Assembly (NCBI RefSeq): GCF_003918875.1
Contig: NW_025766989.1
Span: forward strand, 930,001-994,000
DNA length: 64,000 bases
Direction: 5' to 3'
DNA from: Haliotis rubra
Lineage: Eukaryota
Positions 38,371-50,871 of the stretch are shown here, in pieces. The notes beneath the pieces were generated by a model that worked only from the letters and a program-made list of their open reading frames with translations, was not told where the DNA came from and did not search any database. Position 1 is the first letter of the stretch. Each line of letters starts with the position of its first letter. A program made the position numbers and the translations under genes.

Positions 38371-40466
38371 TGATTATCAAACTCGAATTATTGTATTGAA
38401 CTTTAAACATACCTATATTCAGGGAATTAATGTTGGTCTAGATGCGTTGTATCACTTAATCCAGCGACAAAATGTGAAAGCTCTTAAAAACTCTAGAGGA
38501 CAGGAAACACGTTTGTTTATCTATAATGTCTTATAGTGTTAATACAAACTCGTTAATCTTCAGCACGTCTGTCTTTGTTGATTAGAGCCAATGAAGACTA
38601 TTATTTATGTTACTGTTGCCATGGACACCGGATCAAGAAGCTGAGATGAATGACAAGTCCATCCGCGTCTTGATGCAACTCTTGATGCAGCTCTTGATTC
38701 AGCTCACGCGATCATTTAGACTCTTTTATAAAATTCTACATCTGCACCATCAGTCGTGCCGCGTAATCATCCACAATGAGTTAATTAAAGTCGCTTTTCC
38801 AAAACACCCATACACCATTCTCCACGTCTGTTTACTTCATCACACGCCATTAAATAAACACAAGGAAAACAAAACGTAAATTTTCGGAATATTTAAATCA
38901 TTGTGTGGAGACCTAATGGTCCTCGACCTTGAAACATGGCCAACAACTGCCTTTCATAAGCACTAACGTTGCCGATTTTACTGAACAAATGTTGTTTAAT
39001 TAGCTTCAATAAAGGAAAGAGCAATTTCTTTCGGGACTGTTTCCGGGGCAAAGGTCAGGTCAGGAGTTTCGCGCCCTTTCTTTATAAGCGTAATCAGCCG
39101 AACACAGACATTTGAACACAATGACGGTGTGAGGAGACTACAATTGTACGTCTCAGAACGCATAAAGCGAATGGAGAAATTAATGTTCGTAAGCGGAAAG
39201 AAAACGATTAGGCATTTACGTCCGATAACTCTTACGGGCCAATTAATTGTCTGCAGATTTTCTCTATGGAAGCGAGATTTCCTTTATTGCATTGTCAATA
39301 ACTGTTGGGTTGATCCGGTCTTCGATCCGAGATAAGGCCAAACTGCCCGGCTTTTAACAGAGAAGCATGCCTTGACTCCTAAATTTCGACTCTGTGTTAA
39401 GGAGAAGTTGCTCCCAAATATTGCCTATTCATTGAGCTTGAGAGAGCAGGCACAGGTTTGGTAAGATGAAGGGTTAGCGGAGACAACCCCCTCATCAGAG
39501 ACGATTGAGATAATATTTACAGAGCAATGATCCCGTTTCCGACTCTGACAAGGCGCACAATTCCGCACGGAGCTAATCGAAAATCAATCGAACACTCGCC
39601 CCTCGCGATCTTGTCGAACTTCCTCTGTTTGCAGCAAGGGAGATTATGCCCCGCTGCGGTTGTCTCCCCTCGATTTCCCTGAATCATCCGTGAAGCTGCC
39701 TGGCTAAACGTGTGCTCTTCAGGTCAATGCACATTTGTTTTATCATTCTCATCTACAACTTGACGATGTTATGAATGGGCAGCTTTGGGACATAATCCCA
39801 AGTGGTTATGCATTTGGGGAGAAGCTTTTAATGTGATTATTATGAAGTGAAGCAAATGCGCTCTCTCCTTTTATTCAACAAAGTAATCAACTCAGAAATT
39901 AGACAAACGGTCGTGTTTTATCTTTCATTATTTCACATTATTGTGTTCATGGGTTTTGAGGTATGAGTTTCAGAAGATGGGATCATCTTTTACGGATATT
40001 TGCCGACTTAAAACCCTTTATTGTCTTCTCTGGGTATTATCCCCAACAAACAGTTGGGCCCGGCATAAATGCAGTTTTCGGACAAAAGTAATTTCGCGCT
40101 GCGTTTACCCACAACATGGCCGATATCGTTAGCGTGCATTGTGTTGGGTAAGACTGACTACAATGAATAGTGACAAAACCTATTTGTGAGCTTTCATGGA
40201 ATAAAATTATATCGTGTTTTTTGTGTCAGCCGGGACAAAAAAAGTAGTTCCGAAACAATCATGTTTTGTCGGCACAGTCGTTCACATCGCCGCTTTTCGC
40301 TTTGAAGAGTTGTTTCCCTTGAACGTGCCATGAACGTTTGATCCTATGTTCGAATCTCATATGTAACCTGAAAACGGTTTAGGTTTGCAACATCAACGTT
40401 ATGTCTGTGATTGGGATTTACCAATGGGGGGTCATTGTTGAAACACTGCACTTTCCTCGAAGATAA

Positions 40467-40790
40467 GTGAGTGAGTTAAAATTTAACGTCACCTCGTCAA
40501 TATTTCAGTTACGAGATAAGTTTTGCATACATGATAAATACATGAGTTAAAAATCCAGTCATCAAGGGACTGTAAAATAACTAGAGTATGACAGCTGGTG
40601 TTTGAAATTCGCATGTAAATGTAAAACTATGTTACTGACGAAGACAAGGCGATAGGTCGCCAACAACAACAGGCGATAGATCGCCAACAACTGAAGATAG
40701 ATTACCACACTACGGACCATGGGGACTGACAGTACCTTTGCTACCTGCATGGACCCTAGCTGCATTTACATCGTCCCTTCAGATGTTGGC
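40467..40790 (-). mobile_element. Retro-tail family E
   Basis: Aligns with 5041-5303 (atagatcgccaacaactgaag.tagat.acca.acta.ggaccatgggga) and extends further 5'. Confidence 0.8.
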
Positions 40791-40857
40791 GAATATGATA
40801 AATTTAGCCAAGGACTGAACGAACGCATATTCTACGAATAAATATGTGGTAGAAATA

Positions 40858-40984
40858 TACTCATGCCAATAATGGTTGTCACCCCCTTCAATTTCTTTTA
40901 TTGGAGAGGGTGTGTGGGGTTGGGGTGTGGGCTGTGTGTGGGGTTGGGGTGGGGAAGGGGTGACAACCATTATTGGCATAAGTA
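40858..40984. mobile_element. Tc1/mariner-like MITE with G-rich interior
   Basis: 28-bp TIRs tactcatgccaataatggttgtcacccc / ggggtgacaaccattattggcataagta (1 mismatch) in a TA context. Confidence 0.8.
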
Positions 40985-41297
40985 TATATACACTTTGAAA
41001 GACGTTGTCTTATGTACCCTCTCAGGAGGACAATAATGTAACTCGAACATGAAGCTGATAGTCTTGGACGGTGGTGTGGGTTACACCATGCTCACTTACT
41101 TTTGTCTCTTTCGGTTTTGGACATATGGCCATAACAAGTTTATTTCTAATGGAAACCTCTATACTTTATGATGACCCAATTCTGATTCATTTCTTCCAAA
41201 CAACTTCATTGATTACTCATTTCTATAACACTGAGCCATGTTTAAGACGGTCTTAAGGCCTCACTCTCTCTCTCTCTGCCTGTAAATAAACTATGGG

Positions 41298-41629
41298 TGA
41301 AATGGGGTTTAAGGCCGTACTTACAAATGTTTCGCTCATATGACGACGTGCGTGCGTGTGTGTGTGTGTGGCTGCTTGTACTAGCCCAGACTTAAGCTGG
41401 CTTTAAGCTTTTATAGTGCTACCCTACTGAGATACCATGCCGCAGTTAAACATGAATACCCCACTCAGACACTTTATACTGACTCCGAGCCGACCAGTAC
41501 TTGTTGTACCCATTAATGCCGAGCGCCAGACAGAGACCAACAAGTACCATATTTTAACGTCTTTTGGTATGACGCGGCCGGGGATCGTACCTGCGACGCT
41601 CTAACCACTACACCTCTGAGGCGGGGTCC
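41298..41629 (-). mobile_element. SINE family C
   Basis: TSD aataaactatggg (41285-41297 / 41630-41642). Confidence 0.93.
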
Positions 41630-44174
41630 AATAAACTATGGGCTGCTGAAACGTTTTGTCCAACCATGTACTAGAGCTGATAATTTTTTCCTGTTTAATT
41701 TTGTGTTCAGCAACAGCGCCGTTTGACAATCCCTCGTCATAAATCCGTCAACACCCCATAGCCTACGGTGCGTCCCCATTAGCTTTTAATTCTTGCTCGG
41801 TCTCCGCGTCAAACTACACTGTCTGTCTTCAACCTTCGCTGACCGCTTACCCTCGCCCCATTTGGTAATACCTCATGGGGAAGAATTAGAAAATTAAAGA
41901 AAATACCACCCGAGTTTGCTCACATTCATTCCTCGTGTAAATCGATAATCGTTTACAGAAACTTCACATTTTTAATAGGTGCAACATTAATTTGTTTTGA
42001 CTGCTCACTTAAGCAGCAGCAGAATGATTGAATGCAAACACGGCGTCACCACGAGTTCCACAGGAAAAACACTCACAAGCCAAATCGTATTACCTTCTAG
42101 TAATACACAAACACATTTGTCACTGTCATTATATCAATGAATATTTAAGATAATTTGACACTTCGTACCTGTGAGCAAGTGTTTGTTGTACCAGAAAACA
42201 GACACAATAAGATTCTACAAAGAAACAGGTAAATAGATCTGCAATGCGTAAATATAATTCATCCAGTTTCTCGGTCATTTGAATCCTTAAAGTTCAGGGA
42301 AGTCACGAAATATTTGTTCCGTATGTTTGTCATGGGAAATTTTATGTTTAAATGCATATTGTGCTCATTTGAAACACATCATTGTATTTTAAGGAATAAA
42401 ATAGTTCACTCATTGTTTTAACGCCAAACCTTGAAGCATGTTGAAATTCCGTTTGAATAAAAAATATATGTTTTCTATATCTTTGATTCAAAGCTTTAAT
42501 ACGGATCATATTAAAGCAAAATATTTTTAAATTGACATACCCAGTATTAGCTTACAGTATTGGAGATTTGTCCCGACCTCATAGTCTTTCATATGGACCT
42601 GTGTTTCCGGTTATGTGTTTTTCAACTGCAGAAATAACACCCTCCCTTGCCCCTAAAGTCTCTCCCACACTCTCCAGAGGGTCTCAACATTGTATCATAT
42701 TAATGTAACAAGACTCCTGTTTCATCTGGTCGAAATTTGCTGTTCTATTTTACCTGACAAATAAGCATGTTCGGGGCAACACTCGCCCTAGCAGACTTCT
42801 TGTGTACACGAGAACTATACATCAAGACTCGCCACCATGTTCTGGACACGTGTTCCGCAACGCGACCGAAGCCGATAATTTGTCCAACATTTTGCGCTTT
42901 TATACTGATAGCTTTCACGTTTTAAAACATCTTGGAATAAAAAGCAGGTTCTTAGTTTTCAAAGATATCATTCCCATACAAAAAGTCGGAAGTTATGGAG
43001 TAAACCGTGGCCGATAAGAATGCGCCATGTTGGATTCAGCTGTCATCAATCGTGGCTGGGTTGTTCCAGTAATTGATGCGTTATTGACTGAAACTGGACA
43101 GAGAATTGTAACAATACCCTAGAAACTAAAGGGATGCTTTCCCAAGATTTGAAAACACTTGCAAAAATAAGTTTTGTCTGTTATTGGCTTGTGTAGCTGA
43201 GCTTGATACTCCGTCTGGAAGTCGAGTCGGTCGGGGCTCACCGCGTGTTTGTTTATTCCGCGTGCTTAAGTCTCGTGATACGGAAATCACGCGCGAAATG
43301 GCAACTAATACGAAACTTGTACTAGTTTGATGTTTCGTTTTGAGCAAGAAATTGGCGTTTTATTTGGGCACGATTACTTCCGTTCAAAACCGGAGAATGG
43401 AGCTACTTTTAAGTATTTTTTGCGCCCCTTCTCTTGATGTTATGGAAGGTCAGTGGGGCCACTTTTGAAACCCTCCTGAAAAAATAAAGACATTATCAAA
43501 CATAAGTGTGCGTAAGCACGTGGTATAACATGATATCATAGTAGCCCATGGATATGATACCAAATCGTTGAGGTTTGTTTCGCAACTCAAGAGGTGTTGG
43601 GAATCTGGGACAGAAAGCCTAAGACAAACGTGGAACAGGAGACACATGTTACCCATGTATTACACTGTGTACAATTAAACCTTGTTAGCTCGAAGTCGTT
43701 GGAAATTTCACCAAATCCGTATTTATAGAAATGCGGAATACGGAATGGGGTTGTTAGAACACAGCGTCAGTTTGGAGTCTGGAGTGACTGTTCAAAATCA
43801 TACCAATGTAATACAATGAGTGTAAAACAGATTTAATTTTGGTATACTTATACAAACTAAAAACGATCAACCAAAATTCGAAGGACAAGGAAACAGGTTA
43901 AGTAATAAATATTTACCCGTATGACTTGGAATAAAGACTGTGAGAAAATGACTGTTTAAAATCATGCCTAAATACTCTGAAGAACTTGATTGGAATTCTG
44001 TGGCCATGTTGTCAAATATCATTTTGTCGAACGTTTGCAAAAGCCTCGAAAAAGCCTTTTCATAGTGTATCTAGTGTCTGTTGCGGCTGACGTTTACAAA
44101 TTCACAATAATACATACTAATCGGTCCAATATTTAGCATGTAACAAACTCAGTTTTATTGTTTATTTGAACCGT

Positions 44175-44430
44175 AACGATCCAGGTCAGGACTGGTCCTT
44201 AGCAATCCATGCGTGTCTCACCTGTTAAAATCTGAATTATGATGTGGTCTTCAGGAACCCGTCTTAGAAAGTAACAAACGGGATCGGATGGTCCCGTTCG
44301 CTGCGCACATTCCTACACGTTATTGAATCTAAACTGCGTTTCTGAATGTTCATGATGTCAATCATTGGATTTCCTGTTTCAGATTACTTAAAGGATGAAG
44401 TCATATAACTGGCGTATTGCTGAGTTAAGC
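44175..44430 (+). mobile_element. Old diverged SINE family B copy/copies
   Basis: ttagcaatccatgcgtgtc, aacgggatcggatggtc, catgatgtcaatcattggatt, tattgctgagt. Confidence 0.6.
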
Positions 44431-44572
44431 TTGAGAAACGGAAGAACAGACGCATTTGGTGCAAGTAGACCATGTTCACCACAGCGTAGGTGAACCTACT
44501 GATTGGCAACCCACAAGCATTCACTCACTTACTCTGGAGTCAACTGTTTTCTATTTTGTTCTCTTCGGGAAT

Positions 44573-44853
44573 TGTATTGTAAGTCCCCATGGTTCCTAGT
44601 ATGGTGATCAACCTTCGGTTGCTGGCGATCTATAGCTCGTTTTTATGTTGTACTGTCCTAATCTGAAATCCAGTTTTAGAGATAGATGTTAGTTTTATCT
44701 TTTATGCCTGTGATATTCTAGTTGGTTTTACTGTCCTTCGTTGACAGGCTTTTGGTGATTTACATGCATTTATAATGAAGTTAAAAACTTGTTTTAGTCA
44801 CGATATGGCTGATATATTGCCGACGTGATTTTAAATATTAACTCACTCACTCA
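44573..44853 (+). mobile_element. Retro-tail family E
   Basis: TSD ctcttcgggaat (44561-44572 / 44854-44865); ends gtcacgatatggctgatatattgccgacgtga...taa...(actc)n. Confidence 0.85.
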
Positions 44854-45640
44854 CTCTTCGGGAATCCCTCCCACTTCATGCTAGGTCGAGGTGGAAAACT
44901 GTTGAACCATGTCTTAAACCAGCCCACTTATCGACGTCTTACCTATTATCAACAGCTATCAAACGCCACCTTATCCTTTCCTTTGAAAATTCGTTCTTTG
45001 TGCCTTTAAGTCTGAGTTCATGTATCGTCGTATGTTTTACACTGGAGCTTTCACAGTTGACGTAGTCGATAGTCGGATGGAGTTGAGTCGACATCATGTC
45101 GTTGTTTGTGCTAATGATGGTATTTTTTCGGTATGATCACAGTGGATAGTATTTGTCTTTACCAACCAATGCTTGTCGTAAGAGGCGACTGACTGGATTG
45201 GGCATGTTACGACGTGACATCATTTAAAGCGATATATGGAATTCGAGATTACAAGGGTTTGGGTCCTGATCAACAGTCGGTCGTTGGTGAGTTAAAGTAT
45301 CATTATATTACTAAAACGTTGTGAAACATTGTGGATGTTTAAGAAAACGGAATGTCACACACTCCGTCCCAATTACTTTGCCAGCGCTTTCTTTAACAAA
45401 CGGCCATTGAATGAATCAGACTTGGACGATAACAAGCTCGGAAACATTTCCCCAGTGGACGAGGAAAAACAAACTACGTGGCGAGAAACACATGGACAGA
45501 GTCTGCTTCAGCAGTTGTTGAATTACATGGGAACTTTGCAGTTGAATTACGTGGAAACTTTGCATTTGGATAGGGGCTGTCGCAGGGTTACTGTAGTTTG
45601 GCAAAGCATGGCGTGAACAGCAACAACAACAACAATAATT

Positions 45641-48250
45641 ATAGATCTGATTAAGTACGACTCTCCGTGTTGGGCCGAGATAGCGTCGACTTAATCTCCT
45701 GGGTGGACTTAATCTTCTGAAGAAGATGTATATCGCCCAGGTAGGGCTGATCCCAAAGCCATAGGTACAACTTGGTTTCAGAAAGCCACGAAGAAACAAA
45801 TGGTTTCAACTCCACAACCCTAACAAACCACATTGGAGATGGGACTTACTCAAGAACGGAGTAGAGAACCCGCCCAAGAATGTATTGGAAAACAACTAAA
45901 TCCACACTTCTTGATTTCTTTAATTTATCAAATTCTGGATTCCTTAAAACCAAAGTTAAAAATTCCGACTGACAGAAAAAGAAAGTTGGGCATGAAAGGT
46001 CAAAATAGACTGTTCAAAACTGATAATAGGCTAATTGAATGCAACCAATGGAACTGGCATGACAAGACCACCATGGATTCGAGTGAAAGTTTTTTGAAGC
46101 AGTTGTGGTCTTTACTCGACAACTGCAACCTTGAGGAACCATTGGTACAGGAGTACAATGACAGGTGGTTATTTTTGTGTTTCATTGAAGCTGATTGCCT
46201 GCAAAAGAACTGAGTAATTAAAAAGTACAAATCTAATAAGGCCTGGTGGTATTGGAAACCGATATTGGAAGCTTTTCCTTTTCAGCTGCGACAGAATGAA
46301 ATCGTGTTTAAACCCATTATGTCAGTCGGATGTGCGAGTTGATACGCTTTGCCGACACTCGGAAACAATGATGACGCATGTGAATAAGACCGATTCCTGT
46401 TCAAAGTACTTCGCAGTTTCATTTCCCTCATGAATACAGTGAATGTTCTTCCTAGGTTATGTAAAAGTCCAACAATGCTTCTCCCTATTCTGCCATACAG
46501 ACCCTGAAACAAATTTATCCAAGGAAAGCCCATGCAAATCTAGAATATGTGGCAAGTCTAGATTTCCACAGTTTCTGAAAGTGAAGAAAGTCTCTGGGCT
46601 CCTTTTCATTATATTTTATGATTATAATTTAGAAACTTATACTCTTTTCTGTAAAATATGTTCATTTCAGAGACTAAATGTTAGTCTACTTGAAGACATG
46701 CAAACGTACCATCGTCACCTCTCAATGTGTTGGATAGAAAACAGAAAAGCTTAGGATTCACTGGAATATATTGACCTCCCCTACCATGTCTTGTTTAACT
46801 CAAGTCTTCAATGAATTGCTGGTCAGCTCAACTTGAGGTCACTGGAACATATTGACCTCCCTGAACAACGTCTTGTTTAACTCACGCCTACAAAGAATTC
46901 TGGTCAGTTTAACCCGATATGCATTTGGCGGGTCAGAAAGTGGATTGTTTATTATTGTAGGAAGGTTATTACCCAGGAATTCTTCAGAACAGATCACCAA
47001 CACATCTTCCTGACCTACCTACTGGATGACGTTGAACCTATTGGCAGGGGAAAGCCTTACTGGAAAAAACAGGGCCTTCGTGTCTAGTCCTTTTCAATGA
47101 CATCGGTATGTCCTTCGGGCTCAACAAGTGCAACATTCTCCATCATAAACGTGGCGAGATAGAGGAGGAAGGATCAGTCCAATTGATTGGCTGAGGAATT
47201 ATTGGCCATCTCGCGGAAGGTCAGGCGTATACGTACCTAGGGATGCAGGTTAGAGACAAGCTCCAGAATGACCATGTAAAGGATAAACTTTAGGCAGAAT
47301 ACAAAAGTTATGTAGACTTAAGAAAATCTGGAGATCAGAGCTGAATGCTCGCAATAAAGTCAAAGCCACAGACAAATATGGCCCGCCAGACCTCACATAT
47401 TCTTCGATGTTAGTGATTGGACGAGTATCGGCACCATCAGACAATAGATGCCACCACTCTCGCCTTTCCCACTGCCGTTTACATTTATCAAATTTAAAGG
47501 GAGGGCGTGGTTTGCTTGACGTGGGGCGCTTTATGACAGATATATATTCTGCACTTTGGCATTGGTATATTTGACTCATGATCCTCTTGTGGGACATGTT
47601 AAAACAACATGATGACAACCAAAATTAACGATCAAATGATGGTGGTCAAAATCTAGGTGTCAGTTTTGACCTTAGTGTGGACGGAAGAAAAATTAGTGTC
47701 AACCAATCGAAATGCCATATGAAATCAGCACACACTCTCTGAACGACCACTGCATCGAGTTTATGTGTTGTGTGTTGAGGAGAAGAATCACTTGGATAAG
47801 GTCGGCTTGCCTGAAAAGTGAAACAGAAGGCTTTCCGTTTGCTGCGCAGGATCAGTCACTTCCCATTCGTAACCGTCAATGTGTGATTTTACGTCAAAAT
47901 GTAAATATGATATGTCGATAAGGAAGTTAACGAGACTGCCCAGCGCATAGTCAGTGGATGTCCGGCGTTGGCCCAAACACGGTGTTTTAAGCGACATAGT
48001 TGCATGGCTCGGCTCTTTTCTAACCGTTTTCGCCTTGCTTGTGGTGCCGAGGAAACTGACAATTATAGAATTCTTACAGGCTTTAGAATATGTTACACAG
48101 TTCAGGAGAAACATGTTAAATACTGAGAGTTGGCTTATCCCATGTACCATATTGTCCAGCTCCCCACTGTTCTTGGTGCCCCAGGTTTGGTACTCGGATT
48201 TGCAGAAGGTTGCAATGTTGGTAGGTCTACACATACTCCGAAAAGTGCGG
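45641..48250 (+). mobile_element. Decayed, internally deleted R4/Dong-clade non-LTR retrotransposon (RT + CCHC + restriction-like endonuclease)
   Basis: Ordered motif remnants across frameshifts: QNRLFK (~46001), LLED..HRHLSMCWIENRKA*DS (46686-46760), YLLDDV (~47016-47033), DIGMSFGLNKC (47099-47131), YTYLG (47228-47242), KIWRSELNARNKVKA (47323-47367), RLHLSNLKGGRGL (47476-47514), LKSETEGF.FAAQDQSL (47811-47861), ETAQRIVSGCPALAQ..KRH (47932-47997), EKHVKY*EL, PTVLGAPG and LQKVAM..LHILRKV (48199-48247). The 5' boundary is approximate. Confidence 0.88.
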
Positions 48251-48312
48251 GTGCCGGTGCGGGTGCGTACCCCTGTACCCCCTCTCTGAATCCACCCCTG
48301 CACCGGCAAAGA

Positions 48313-48444
48313 CTGCTACTGCTACTGCTACTACCTCCATCACCACTACCACTTCTATTACTGCCATCACCTGCACAACTACTAATACCGCCACCGCTAC
48401 CGCTACAACAACCGCAATCACCACCGCCGCCACTACAACAACTA
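48313..48444. repeat. Cryptic trinucleotide microsatellite (CTA/CCA/CAA/CCG mosaic)
   Basis: 3-nt periodic C/A-rich tract; explains the spurious poly-L/P/G/S ORFs. Confidence 0.85.
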
Positions 48445-50076
48445 AATTCCATCTAATCGCTTGTATTAATTAAGCTAGTTATATATTTGTGTGACGTACG
48501 TGCGAGATCATATCAACATCATATTACTTACATGTCGATATTCATAGTGATGACTAGGCACAAAATGATGCATTAAAAATAATATGCTTGGTAATCACAT
48601 CAATGACACAGTAATCGATTCTGAATCTTTCCCTTGTTGTTTGGGTCTTTATGTTAATTTTAAGAACCCAGCATATCTGTGTCAAACGACCGGAATGACA
48701 CTTATCATATATCCCATACCTCCGTTGTGAGAGTCAAATCCTGTTCAAGTAGACTCGAATATGTCTAAAATGTGAAGAAACTTGAGCTATTGTATACATT
48801 TATTAAAGCTCCTGGGATCCTTTTTGAAAACGAAAATTGCCCCACAAAAAAATATGAAAAATCGATAGGTCCTTAAAACTAAGAAACGAATGCAACAATG
48901 CGTGGATTTTGTTAATGTCATTGTGAGTAATGCTATTTCCACAATTATATATATGCCGCTTTAAAGATGAAGAGCGTTGTAGCCTATATCTAAGGTAAGA
49001 TCGGAATTTTTCTTATTAAAAAAAGCGACAGCAACATTTCCATGATCATAAAAATCGCCCATACAAGCGAAGTCCACGAGCCACCTCATTTTGCAGCCGT
49101 CTACTGAATAGCTCCTCTATTTCGCATTTGTTGATCACATACTTACCTGAATTCCGAAAACATCTACTAAACGGATTTACAAAGTGCAAACAACTTCCAC
49201 ATGGACAAATACTTCGGACTGAATCGGTCGCTCGTGTTTGACGTTTGAAATATGCCGTTCCCCCCAAAAAACCTTCCATTGTATTTCGCTCTAGAAAAGT
49301 CAGGCTAATTCGCTGAATCACAAAGATCACCTCCGTCACCGGTACTCATCTATTGGCAACGTATTTTACGAATTATCAATGATAGGGTTCAGGTGCGTCG
49401 AGATGCGCGTGTTTTGATGACGTCACGACATCCCAGGAGACACAATGCTTCTTCACCTTTTCTCAACCGGTTCTTTGAAGAACTAGATAAACGTGTAAAC
49501 AATATGCGTTTGGATAAATGTGGAAGCAATATATTGTCTTGAACTGTGTTTATTTAGCAGATATTACTCGTCTTTAGATGTGTTTAAAGATACAACGTCG
49601 ACGCATTCCTTTGCATGTTATGTGTTTAGCCCGTGACCTGAGCCTTTCCTTGTTCTTGCACAGCTTACGATTGTAAGGCCACATCTCGATCAGAATTCTT
49701 CCTCTCACGAAGTGATTCATGCCAGACTGCTTGTAAGTGATTGTAGGACATTGTTTGTGGTCCTGTAAGCTATTAATAAGCCGTAAAGAACGCGGATGAT
49801 GATGCGCCAAGTCTGGGGAAGCTGTCACCGTCACTGAAGCGGCCGCCATTACGCTCCCAGCCACCATCTTTGAATACATATGCTCCCAAATCGGCCACTT
49901 AAAAGCTCGCAAACATTTGTTTGAAAGGTTTAGAGTCCCAATGTGTTTGTGTTTCATCTTTTAGACAAATCTTGTAACAATTCAGGCAAATTAACATCGG
50001 CCCTGGTGTAGATAAAAGAGCAGGGGCTCAACACTGCATACTTCGTAAATGTCGGACACCACGTGAGAAAATACAA

Positions 50077-50090
50077 GCGCCCCCTATCGG
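50077..50090 (-). promoter_or_regulatory. Candidate CTCF-like site
   Basis: Reverse complement CCGATAGGGGGCGC is close to the CTCF core CCASYAGRKGGCRS. Motif match only. Confidence 0.4.
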
Positions 50091-50871
50091 CCCGCAGTCC
50101 CGATAACTACATCCTGAAACCGGAAAAATGAATCGGCCATAATTGTTAAAAGCTTCAGTGATCGCAAATAGCACATGCTAAGTTAATTTAACGAGGAAAT
50201 GGCGTTCTCTTGTGGCGCGGGAGAGAGAGGAGGGGGTTCGCCGAGACACACGGCCGCAATCAGTCAGCATTGCGAGGTCTGGGTTCGAATCTGTGTGAGT
50301 TGGCCTCACGCTAAGTGAAGACTAACCGGAGAAATAATTCGTGTTATTCCACAATGATATTCCGGCGCTCCTGGAATACCGGGTTTCTTTCTAGAGGAAA
50401 CTGTTTCAAATTCCACGGCGTGTTTCCCATGCGATAATAGAAGGCTAATGTTCGCTGCATTTCACAACCTGGGCCGTCTTCGTAAACCAAGGAAGAAGAA
50501 AGAACGACGGTTAACGCACTACAGCCTCGTTCCACTAGCCAGAGAAATATAAAAATGTCTTTCGGTATTAACACGTTGGTTTATTGAGCTAAGTTGTGAA
50601 CAACGAATGGGCAAGAAACTTGGAAACAATAAGCGGGCACATTTAATAAACATTGAAATAAATACGCTATAATTCGAGACATATTGATGGTAAAACACGT
50701 TGCTTCATCGCATATATGGATTAGATTTGAAGGTTTTTTTTTGTTATCACATGTATTATGTTAATTAAAATTATATCCCGATTCATGATCTGCCTGTTTC
50801 ATTCAGTGATATCGTGATTCATAATTGGCATGTTAGATTAAGCTATGTTAGATGTGCCTCTTTGAGAGGAG

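Noticed and set aside
45715-45805. Homeobox-like fragment (K-K-M-Y-I ... TWFQ + 4 nt + RRNKW), reminiscent of NK5/Hmx helix 3
   Set aside because: Needs several indels, the Y25-V45 spacing is about 8 codons short, and it lies in the R4-like leader; most likely chance.
48130-48456. Poly-Leu/Pro and Gly/Ser/Cys-rich ORFs
   Set aside because: Produced by a cryptic trinucleotide repeat fused to the retrotransposon end.
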